NCBI GenBank assembly: GCA_048886685.1
Contig: JBHLKM010000017.1
Coordinates: 1-64,000 of the forward strand
DNA from: Candidatus Hodarchaeota archaeon
GTDB lineage: Archaea > Asgardarchaeota > Lokiarchaeia > Sigyniarchaeales > SOKP01
Reading direction: 5' to 3'
DNA: 64,000 nt
Below the pieces are notes generated by a model. That model was not told the DNA's origin. It worked only from the letters and a program-made list of their open reading frames with translations, and did not search any database. The translations under genes and the position numbers were made by a program. Of the stretch, positions 1 through 8,623 are shown in pieces (position 1 is the first letter of the stretch; every line of letters starts with the position of its first letter).

Positions 1-2307
1 TTTTTCATAAATTTCTAATGCTTTATTGAAAGATATCAAGGCATCTGGGTATTTTTTTTGGTCAAAATTGATCATTGCAATCCTATAAAAGCTTATTGCT
101 TGATCATTTACATTTTCTAATTTTTTATCAATTTTTATTGCTTCCTCGAATTTCTTTAACGCTTTGGAGAGATTCCCTTGAATTTGATAAATTAGCCCCA
201 TATTTTTGAGAGAAATAGACTTTTGTGTTAAATCTATTGACTGTTGATTCAGCTTTAACACCTCTTCATAAAATTTTAATGCTTCTTGATAATTTGCTAT
301 ACTGAAATTGATAGTTGCATTATCAAACAGACAACTGCCTATCCCATTTAAAACACCTATTTGCTGATAAATCTTCAAAGCTCGTTCATTTTGCATCAAA
401 GCTTTAGAAGGATTTCCTTGTATTTTATGAATTGCACTTATTTTCTTCAAACAATTAGCTGTTTCAGCTAAACTTCCTAATCTTTCATATATTTCTACTG
501 CTCCATTATAATATTTTATTACTTCGGGGTAATCTTTTTGATCTTCTTTAATACGAGCAATCAATTTAAGAGTATTGGGTTTTTCCGTCCAATCTCTTAA
601 TTCATCATTTAACTTAACAGCATTCGTAGCATATTTTATAGCTTTGCTGTATTTTTTTTGAAGTCTCGTAATTTCTCCCAATTTATTCAAGATTTTAGCT
701 TTTCCTTTTAGAAGATGCTGTTCTCTATATAGTTTCAATGCACTTAAATAGCTCTTTTTAGCTTTTGGGTAATTATTTTGCGCCAGAAAACATTCACCAA
801 TTTTTATAAAACTGTTAGCTTTATGACTCAAATCCCCTAACTGATTGTAAATTTCTAAGGTTTTGTTGTAGTTTTTCACTGCTTTGTTATAATTTTTATA
901 TTTATAGTGAATATCAGCAATTTTATTAAGGCAATTAGCAACTTCTATCGGGTTACCTAATTTTTCATTAATTTCTAATGTTTCTTCGAATTTTTTAATT
1001 GCTTCGGGGAAATTTTCAGTTGAATAATAAATATTTCCGATTAAAGTAAGCGATTTTGACTTCATTGTTAGAGCTTTCATCTGACTTCTAACCCTATCAT
1101 TTTTTGTATGCAGATTTATGGCTTCTGGCTTCTTTTGTTGATAAAGATAACTTTTAGAGATTGCTTCATTAGCTATTGATTTCCAAGACTTAACATCTGC
1201 TAAGATGGTAAATCGAATCATTATTTCAGAACATCTCATAGCTTCATTAAAAAAGCCAAGCTCATAATAGATTCTGGATGCAATCAAAAGCTTTTCAAAC
1301 ATATTTGGAATTCTAATGTTCTCTTTTAGCCAATCTACTAAACTTATAGAAATTATTTCTGAACTTAATTTTGGTTTAATCTGAATTAAATCTTTAACCA
1401 TCTGCGTTAAGTTTACATTAATAAGGTAAATTTTATTTGCATTATGCATAAGACTGATTTCATGAAGTTTTTCAGCAGTTGTAATTAAATCATTACTGAT
1501 ATCAAGTGAGGATTGATTCTCACTTGATATTATATCGTATACATTTTCGTAACCAGGCTGAATTGACTCCGTGTGGTTTATCCAAATTATTTTTTTAAGA
1601 TTTTTTAATGCTTTAAGTGTTGGTATTATATCAAAATCATTTAAACCTGAATAACCCATTATCACTAAAGAGCGCCCATTACAGATATTGTCTAAAAGCG
1701 TCCACTTAAAAGGATCAATTTGAAATAAATTGTTTCTAATTTTATTTGATCCCAAGGCTTTAATTGTTTTAATTAAAGAACTTTGTGTATCTTCCCCTGT
1801 TATAACATTTTTAGCGGAACAGTGGATTTTATAAATTACCTTAAATCTATTTTTAAATAACTCAATTGGATTAGAATAATTTACAAAATCTTCCTCTGTA
1901 ATAACAGGCAATATTTCTTCATGTGGAATATTTATATTGGCAAGAGCATTTTCTATTAAAAAATCAAAATTCGTAGTCATTACGAAATGTCCCTTCTTGA
2001 TACAATCTGCTAAGAAAAAATGTTGAAGATTAGGTTTATTAAATAATCCAAAAAAGTCAAAAATTTTAAGATCTTCATTAAAACTAGTGCAGATTGTATT
2101 TAATAATTGTTCTAATTTTAAGTCTTCTATTTCAAGAATATTTGAAATCTCAGATTCTGCACAAAAATAATTAATTAATTCCTCTTTTATTGTATTACTG
2201 TCAGGAACATTTGAAGGTGCGTCAACAGAACAACCAGCACCTATTAGGAAAGTAAATTTTTCCTCATTCTTGAATAGGTTCCTTATTTTGAGATTCGTCT
2301 GTTTCAT
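1..2307 (-). CDS. SIR2-like domain + TPR-repeat protein (3' end runs off the window)
   Basis: Missing from the ORF track; translated by hand at several points from ATG 2307: MKQTNLKIRNLFKNEEKFTFLIGAGCSVDAPSNVPD...VMTTNFDFLIENA...IYKIHCSAKN...VIMGYSG. These match the SIR2_2 motifs (GAG-S, TTN(F/Y)D, K(L/I)HGS-like, GYS). The C-terminal half has repeated helical TPR-like units (e.g. ...FNKALEIYEK at the window edge, same frame). Confidence 0.85.
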   Translation of the reverse strand, partial: MKQTNLKIRNLFKNEEKFTFLIGAGCSVDAPSNVPDSNTIKEELINYFCAESEISNILEIEDLKLEQLLNTICTSFNEDLKIFDFFGLFNKPNLQHFFLADCIKKGHFVMTTNFDFLIENALANINIPHEEILPVITEEDFVNYSNPIELFKNRFKVIYKIHCSAKNVITGEDTQSSLIKTIKALGSNKIRNNLFQIDPFKWTLLDNICNGRSLVIMGYSGLNDFDIIPTLKALKNLKKIIWINHTESIQPGYENVYDIISSENQSSLDISNDLITTAEKLHEISLMHNANKIYLINVNLTQMVKDLIQIKPKLSSEIISISLVDWLKENIRIPNMFEKLLIASRIYYELGFFNEAMRCSEIMIRFTILADVKSWKSIANEAISKSYLYQQKKPEAINLHTKNDRVRSQMKALTMKSKSLTLIGNIYYSTENFPEAIKKFEETLEINEKLGNPIEVANCLNKIADIHYKYKNYNKAVKNYNKTLEIYNQLGDLSHKANSFIKIGECFLAQNNYPKAKKSYLSALKLYREQHLLKGKAKILNKLGEITRLQKKYSKAIKYATNAVKLNDELRDWTEKPNTLKLIARIKEDQKDYPEVIKYYNGAVEIYERLGSLAETANCLKKISAIHKIQGNPSKALMQNERALKIYQQIGVLNGIGSCLFDNATINFSIANYQEALKFYEEVLKLNQQSIDLTQKSISLKNMGLIYQIQGNLSKALKKFEEAIKIDKKLENVNDQAISFYRIAMINFDQKKYPDALISFNKALEIYEK

Positions 2308-2605
2308 TGATAATTTCTAGTGAAATTAATAAGATATTTAAGAAATTTACCTATTTTTATCTTTTGGATTTTAGAACTTGTACATAATTAATGGAATGAA
2401 TAATCACTTTAGAGATATTACAGAAGAATTCTAGGTTAAAACTGGAATTAGTGGTTTTCCTCATGATACTGGACATTCAGGAGAAAATAAAAAAGATCTG
2501 GACTAATTGGTTAAAATCCAATAATGTATCTATTTTAAAAAAAAATGAGATTGTTTTATATTTTTACGAGACATTGTATATATTAAAACTTATTAAAGGA
2601 TATTT

Positions 2606-4003
2606 ATGACGTATTCAGCTTTAGAAGAAGAATATACATTCAAGGTAACGCTTGTTTTTTGGAAATTTTATAAGCTAGGGCTTTATTTTGAGCTTCCAGA
2701 TGTTAGAAAGTTTTTAGAAAGGGAAGGATCTTTAAAATTATACAAAGGCTATCGATTTAAAATAGAAAAAGAGGATGGGGCCAAAGTTGATCAACCATTA
2801 AAATGGATTTCTAGTCAATCTCATAATTATGCTCCCGTATGTTTCAAAATAGGGGGACCAGATAGATTTTCATGTGCCACAGCTCCACATATAGTGGGAA
2901 AAGTAAGGTTAGAGGGACACATTCATTATGGATCGGTATTGGTTATTCACTGTGAATTAATATTTGATAACTATCATAAAATTGAGGATTTTATAGAAAT
3001 TTCTCAACCTATTAATATGATTCTTCAGAGTACAGGCAGACCGATAACTGAAAAATTTATAGAGATAAGAGATAATGTCATTGAGTTATTAAAAAGAGCA
3101 AAATATCCAGATAAGGCCAAATTGGAGTCTTATTTAGAGCCATGGCATCATACTTGGATCATATGGGATGCTAAACCAGATTTCAAAAGATCTGATTATA
3201 GATTTACTGGAAACGAAATAGGTAAGAATGCACGATATTCTATTGGATTGACTCTACGAACTGATAAATATCGTGAGTTGGATCCTGTAGCTTATAGAGA
3301 TCAGATATATTTAAAAAATCTTTCTCCTTATACTGATGAATTTGTTATGATAACTCATGCTGGTAATGTAGTAATTCCAGGTCCAGGACTTTTAGATCCT
3401 TATACTATGAAAAACTTTTTAATAGATACTCTTTTTGGACCAGAAGTTGGAAATGTGCAGAGATTCTTAATTTTAATGCATATGGAAAATATTTTAGTCG
3501 TTGCTGAAAAATTTGATCGAATTATTTCAGAAACTCGAGCTAAGGAAGAAGAGCTAACTTTGAAGGATAAAATTGAAAATCTTGAAAAGTTAGAGACTGA
3601 ATTAAACAGAATTATTCTCGAATTAAATAAAGATGTAATTATTTCAAAAATAACGAGGTTATTATTTACGAGTATATTTAAAACAAGTATGTTCAATGAA
3701 CAAATCGAAAAATTAGATGGGTTTACATTTTCAAAAGCAACTGATGATGTTATTGCCAGGATTAGAAAAACTCTAAATAGACAGAGAAATACTCTCAATA
3801 CTAAAGCCTCAACTATAGAAAACAAATTTTTAGCAATACTAAATTACCTAGCTTTGTTTGAATTAGCAACTTTAGTAATCTCATTGGCTTTAGGTGACTT
3901 ATTTCCAGATCTTCTGGGGATAGGGATTATTCAAATCACTGTAGCATTATCAATTGTTATTATCGCAATTATTCTATTAAGAATACAAGAGAGAAAATTA
4001 TAA
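2606..4003 (+). CDS. Uncharacterised membrane protein: soluble N-domain, long helical stalk, two C-terminal TM helices (CorA-like architecture, no GMN motif)
   Basis: 465-aa ORF with AAAGGA upstream; coiled-coil-like segment (KIENLEKLETELNRIILELNK) and two hydrophobic C-terminal segments. Confidence 0.6.
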   Translation: MTYSALEEEYTFKVTLVFWKFYKLGLYFELPDVRKFLEREGSLKLYKGYRFKIEKEDGAKVDQPLKWISSQSHNYAPVCFKIGGPDRFSCATAPHIVGKVRLEGHIHYGSVLVIHCELIFDNYHKIEDFIEISQPINMILQSTGRPITEKFIEIRDNVIELLKRAKYPDKAKLESYLEPWHHTWIIWDAKPDFKRSDYRFTGNEIGKNARYSIGLTLRTDKYRELDPVAYRDQIYLKNLSPYTDEFVMITHAGNVVIPGPGLLDPYTMKNFLIDTLFGPEVGNVQRFLILMHMENILVVAEKFDRIISETRAKEEELTLKDKIENLEKLETELNRIILELNKDVIISKITRLLFTSIFKTSMFNEQIEKLDGFTFSKATDDVIARIRKTLNRQRNTLNTKASTIENKFLAILNYLALFELATLVISLALGDLFPDLLGIGIIQITVALSIVIIAIILLRIQERKL

Positions 4004-4101
4004 TTTAAGACCAAATGCCATTGAAAGAGGTTATCAACGATGATATTTATTGGATGATAAAATTAATAATATAAAAAAAGATAAAAATAATATTATTTTT
4101 A

Positions 4102-4590
4102 CTAATATCTAGTTCTAGTTGCTTGTATTCTAAGCTTTGCTTTTGTGTTTTCTTTCTCATCTTGTAATATAACGTATTGGGTTTTAGATGGCAATTTTAT
4201 TTCAAGTTCTTGTTCAGCGACAGTTTCGTCCTTTTTCATGTGATCTTGTTCTCTTAAAATCACTTTTACTTTTTCTACTGCGGGTTCATCGACTCGAACA
4301 GTTTTGAATTGACTCCAAAGCGACATATCAGCGCGACTCGTGAATTCCTGATTTTTTTGCAATTTAATAGTACCTTTATTTGGGAATCTAGCCTTAAAAA
4401 CCTTAGGACCATCTACTTTAAAATAAAATTCTCCACGCCATCCTAGAATATCATAATCTTTCAGAGTTTTCAAACTCATTAATTCTATACTTATTAAGTA
4501 CCGTTCTTTTTCTTCTCCTACTTGATCTTGGGTAAAAGCTTGATCTTTGGCATGGGTTTTTTTAGATTTAGCATAGTAACGTCTTGGAAT
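4102..4590 (-). CDS. C2-domain-like protein; probable start at ATT 4590 (track start ATG 4479)
   Basis: The frame stays open upstream of 4479 to a stop at 4603-4605, adding IPRRYYAKSKKTHAKDQAFTQDQVGEEKERYLISIEL. The pattern ISIELMSLKTLKDYDILGWRGEFYFKV...VKVILREQDHMKKDETVAE resembles C2 strands and acidic loops. Confidence 0.5.
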   Translation of the reverse strand: MPRRYYAKSKKTHAKDQAFTQDQVGEEKERYLISIELMSLKTLKDYDILGWRGEFYFKVDGPKVFKARFPNKGTIKLQKNQEFTSRADMSLWSQFKTVRVDEPAVEKVKVILREQDHMKKDETVAEQELEIKLPSKTQYVILQDEKENTKAKLRIQATRTRY

Positions 4591-4750
4591 TTTATAAACA
4601 CCTTAATTTTTAATTTAAGTTGAAGATAATAGTTTGATTTTTATATAGTGTTAAAGTATATATGTTTTTTTGGTAATATTATTACATTTTTAATAGCACA
4701 CGATAAGAAATTATTAACTTTTAAATTCATAAATTCCCATAGTAATTATA

Positions 4751-5500
4751 ATGATTTTTATAGCATTAGATGATTTAACCCAATTATCTGGAATTTTTGG
4801 ATTTATTGCTGTTATTATAGCTTGGTTTTATGGTATTATTGTACTCTTCAAATACATTAAGACTAAAGAGAAAATGTTATTCTATTTTTTCTTGGCAATA
4901 ATTTTTACAATGTCTCCTTGGTATCCTAGCGGTTTGGGATATATAACCTCGTTGTTCACCCGTCAGGAAATAGCTTATCAAGCCTATGTTTTGTTAGGAA
5001 CTATAGGTGTACCTATCGCTTTATATTCATGGCTTCAAATTTATATGCCGACCTTACATCCAGAAAAGAAAGATATTGTTTCGCTTATTATAATATGCTT
5101 ATCAATAATCTTTTATATCTACCTTTTCTATTTTGTTTTCTTTGCTCCAGGTGCCCCTGTTGATGATCTAATCGGTATTAAAAGAAATCCAATTGATATT
5201 GATTATAAAGGGTTTATTTTAGTATTTCTAGCAATTTCTCTGCTTATCAGCACAATTACAGGTAACGATTTCTCTATCGCCTCACTTAGAGTGAAAGATA
5301 ATCCAACAATTATGTGGAAGGGCAGGTTCTTAATAATTTCATTCAATATATTCGCAATTGGTTCAATTGGGGATGGATTTATCCCCTTAACGCCAGTAAC
5401 ATTAATAATTTTTAGAATCTTTATGATGATTTCTAGTACAACCTATTACATCGGCTTTATTTTACCTAAATGGATGAAAAAACTTCTTTCATTGGAGTAA
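4751..5500 (+). CDS. Stand-alone 7TM membrane protein (HisKA_7TM-like sensor region, no kinase domain)
   Basis: Seven hydrophobic segments counted; basic motif before TM6 (MWKGRFLII); no cytoplasmic output domain. Confidence 0.6.
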   Translation: MIFIALDDLTQLSGIFGFIAVIIAWFYGIIVLFKYIKTKEKMLFYFFLAIIFTMSPWYPSGLGYITSLFTRQEIAYQAYVLLGTIGVPIALYSWLQIYMPTLHPEKKDIVSLIIICLSIIFYIYLFYFVFFAPGAPVDDLIGIKRNPIDIDYKGFILVFLAISLLISTITGNDFSIASLRVKDNPTIMWKGRFLIISFNIFAIGSIGDGFIPLTPVTLIIFRIFMMISSTTYYIGFILPKWMKKLLSLE

Positions 5501-5524
5501 TCCCATGAAATAAATTTTCTTTTT

Positions 5525-6445
5525 TTATTTATAGTTAATGATAAGAACAGCTACTAAAACGATAATACCGCCAATTATATTCCATCCAACTATAGTTTCA
5601 CTTCTTTGAAGTAAGAGGGAAAATAATAGAGTGAAAAATGGTTCAATATATAAAAACGAGGCAACTTTAGAGGATTTTAAATTTAACTGTGAATTTTGCC
5701 AGATATAATAACCTAGAATATAACATAAAATTCCAATATACATTACACACAGAACTAAAATTATATTCAAGGAATTAGAAATGAATTTCAATAATTCATT
5801 GTTTAAAACTACAAAAATAAACAACTCAATTGTGCCTAAATAGGCAATATATTTTAACATAACTAAACTAGAATTAATTTGTGAAACTTTTTTTGTTAGA
5901 GTAGAATAAATTGCCCATAAGAATGGAGTAATAAGTGCAAATAAATATCCAAAAAAGTTGGGATCCTCTGAAGTAAGTGTATTTAGATTTCCACCGGTTA
6001 TTAAGAGAAATCCTCCAAGAGAAGCAATTATAAACCCAATAACTTTGGTTAAAGATAATTTTTCTTTGAAAAAGATTAAAGCTAAAACGGTAATAACAAC
6101 AGGAGATAATAAACATACAAATAAAGCAGGTAGCGAAGGGCCGATTATCTTTATAGCTGAATATTGAGTAAGGAAGAAAAATGATACTCCTGTAAAGCTA
6201 CTAAGGATAAGAAGAATCCAATCGTTTCTGGAAAATCGAATTTTTTTGATCTCATTTTTATTAAATTCATTTTTTCTTATTATTTTAAGATAAATATCAA
6301 TTATTATAAATGTAAGAGACACAACTATAAAACGATATAAAGCAACAGAGAGTGGAGGCATAAATTCTACCGCTATATCAACTACTACAAATGAAAAACC
6401 CCAAATAAGAACCATAAACAATAATTCTAAATAAATTATTAACAT
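5525..6445 (-). CDS. DMT/EamA family transporter
   Basis: IWGFSFVVV...PPLSVALYRF; about 10 TMs in two repeats; LYIEPFFTLLFS. Confidence 0.9.
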   Translation of the reverse strand: MLIIYLELLFMVLIWGFSFVVVDIAVEFMPPLSVALYRFIVVSLTFIIIDIYLKIIRKNEFNKNEIKKIRFSRNDWILLILSSFTGVSFFFLTQYSAIKIIGPSLPALFVCLLSPVVITVLALIFFKEKLSLTKVIGFIIASLGGFLLITGGNLNTLTSEDPNFFGYLFALITPFLWAIYSTLTKKVSQINSSLVMLKYIAYLGTIELFIFVVLNNELLKFISNSLNIILVLCVMYIGILCYILGYYIWQNSQLNLKSSKVASFLYIEPFFTLLFSLLLQRSETIVGWNIIGGIIVLVAVLIINYK

Positions 6446-6551
6446 GAGATAGATTTATGCTGATGATTGACAGTTCAAAATATTGCTTTAAAATGATTTA
6501 TTAATAATTATAAATTACGAACTATAATAATTCTTTTCGGAAAGAATACAA

Positions 6552-7163
6552 TTGAAAAAAATTAGCTATAATTTGCGAATTGGAATAGTAGGTAATAAAG
6601 ATTATAATAAAGAAATTTTCTTAGATAACTTAAGAGATTTTGCAATTGATACCAAAATCTCAGAGGAATTTTCAGAGTGTTTCATTATTTTCAAAGGAAT
6701 TCCCATTAAATTAAAGATATTTTTAGCGATAAACCTTGAAGAAGTAATTAATAACTATGATAAAATAGAAAAGTTAGATGTAATTATACTTACCCTAGAT
6801 CTGTTTGATACAAAATCTATTTATCAGTATTATAAAAACATGATTGAAGAGTTTAACGAAATTTTTTATTTCCAAGGGATTTCTATTCTCGTAGGAATAG
6901 ATATTTCCCATATATTCGAAAGGAAAGTCTCAAATATAGTAAGGGTAAGTAGATATAGTTTAGAAGATATGACAAAATATCTGAATATAATATATTGCTA
7001 TGAAATCTACAATAAAAAAGGAGATGTTCGTAAAATTTATAGAAAAATTTTTGATGATTTTATTTTTAGATTTCGGTATTCTAGTCAAGGACTGTTTGAA
7101 AAAGCAAGACTATACGGGGAAACGCTCATAAGTGAGTCTAATAAAAAAATGAAATATTTATGA
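6552..7163 (+). CDS. Ras-superfamily-like small GTPase fold with degenerate G motifs (pseudo-GTPase)
   Basis: LRIGIVGNKDYNKE at the G1 position, IKLKIF strand, DVIILTLDL, ISILVGID at the G4 position, CYEIYNK at the G5 position, then VRKIYRKI. GKS/T, DxxG and NKxD are all absent. Confidence 0.6.
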   Translation: MKKISYNLRIGIVGNKDYNKEIFLDNLRDFAIDTKISEEFSECFIIFKGIPIKLKIFLAINLEEVINNYDKIEKLDVIILTLDLFDTKSIYQYYKNMIEEFNEIFYFQGISILVGIDISHIFERKVSNIVRVSRYSLEDMTKYLNIIYCYEIYNKKGDVRKIYRKIFDDFIFRFRYSSQGLFEKARLYGETLISESNKKMKYL

Positions 7164-7301
7164 TCCTATTTATGAACATTTCGTTTTATTTCTTCATAAA
7201 AAAGAGAAAAGTTATAAAAACAATATAATACATTTTAAAATATATTCTGAAAATATGAGATTTTTATATAATATCAATAATTTGGAGTTGATAAAACCAA
7301 A

Positions 7302-7493
7302 ATGGCAGAACCAGATGATATTTTAACCATTGAGAAGACTGAGGGTCGTCGAAAATGCCCGAATTGTGGGGAAGAAAACAAATATATGATTCATGAATCT
7401 ACAGATAAAACGAATATTATTAGTGATTATCCACGAGTTTATGGGAAGAAGTACCGCTGTGGACGATGCGGTGTTGAATGGCGAGAAAAATAA
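7302..7493 (+). CDS. Small zinc-ribbon protein
   Basis: CPNC...CGRC; GGAG upstream; paralogue at 56364-56561. Confidence 0.8.
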   Translation: MAEPDDILTIEKTEGRRKCPNCGEENKYMIHESTDKTNIISDYPRVYGKKYRCGRCGVEWREK

Positions 7494-7771
7494 GGTATTA
7501 GTTGCTTTCTTTTATTTTTTTTATTTCATTCAATAGGTTAATATATTAAATTAATGAATAGCCCTTCAACCTTAATTATTTTTTAAAATAGTAAAAATTA
7601 GCTAATTTTCTTTTCAAATTAGTTTCTCTCAAGATAATTTTACTAATGGTACGTTCTAATATTACTAAAAATAACTTTAAAGCATAAAATTTTAAATTAA
7701 AAAAGGACAAAATAAATAATATTATTCCTTAGACAAAATAATTTCCTAGTTGGCAAGGGGATATTAAGATA

Positions 7772-8464
7772 ATGGATATGGCAAGATTCCTACAAATTTA
7801 CATAATTCAAGGAGGATTTGCATTATTTTTTCTGTATATGGCATATATTGTATTAAAAAGAGGTAAAAAGAGAGCTAATCTTTATTTAAGTAGTTTTTAT
7901 CTTTCTACTACAATAGGTGTAATTATAAATATCATTTATGCAAATATTTTTGAAGAAACTATTGTTTACATCTTGCATTTTGTAACCTATTATACTCTTT
8001 GTTTTTCCTTAGCTTTTTTACTTATTTTTATATTACTGCTTTTAAAACCCCCTAATAAAATAAATAATAGATTCCTAATTTTATTTTTGCTAATATTTGG
8101 TTTAATTTTATTAGGTTTATTATTTGTTCCGAATGGAATAAAAATAAATGAAAATACAAATTGGAAACCGGATTGGAGTTGGATTTTTCTAGTTTACTCA
8201 ATCATAGTTTGTAGTGGGATGACTATATTTCCTATAAGTTATTATTCGCTGAAAGTATATGGAAAGCTTGGAAATCTACAATTAAGAAAGAAATGGAAAT
8301 ACTTTTTAATTGGTGTATCTGCATATTTATTCCTTTATTACGGAACTTCATTATCTAATACTTTGAATAATGATACATTTCGACTTATATGGTCAATTAT
8401 TTCGTTACCAACACTTATAGCTCTATATCTTATCTACTATGGAGTAGGACGTCAGCTTGACTAA
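7772..8464 (+). CDS. Stand-alone 7TM membrane protein, paralogue A of a tandem pair
   Basis: 7 hydrophobic segments; TNWKPDWS loop, LRKKWKYFLIG, C-terminal YYGVGRQLD. Confidence 0.7.
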   Translation: MDMARFLQIYIIQGGFALFFLYMAYIVLKRGKKRANLYLSSFYLSTTIGVIINIIYANIFEETIVYILHFVTYYTLCFSLAFLLIFILLLLKPPNKINNRFLILFLLIFGLILLGLLFVPNGIKINENTNWKPDWSWIFLVYSIIVCSGMTIFPISYYSLKVYGKLGNLQLRKKWKYFLIGVSAYLFLYYGTSLSNTLNNDTFRLIWSIISLPTLIALYLIYYGVGRQLD

Positions 8465-8623
8465 AAATTCAAATCTTTACCTTTTCTTTAATAGCCGTAA
8501 TTTAAGAAAATGAATCTTTTTAAAATCAAAAACAGCAATAATAATAAATATAAAATAATAAATAATAACATTAACAAAATTATTTTGAATAAAATAAAAT
8601 AAGCTTCTTATCGTGATAGACGT

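Noticed and set aside
2375-2506. Short reading frame with an internal TAG (MNNHFRDITEEF*VKTGISGFPHDTGHSGENKKDLD*)
   Set aside because: Too short, no recognisable family, and no pyl genes in the window; insufficient for a readthrough or pseudogene call.
8530-8605. AAT/AAAAT-rich low-complexity stretch between the 7TM paralogues
   Set aside because: No fixed period or repeat-spacer structure; ordinary AT-rich intergenic DNA, not CRISPR.
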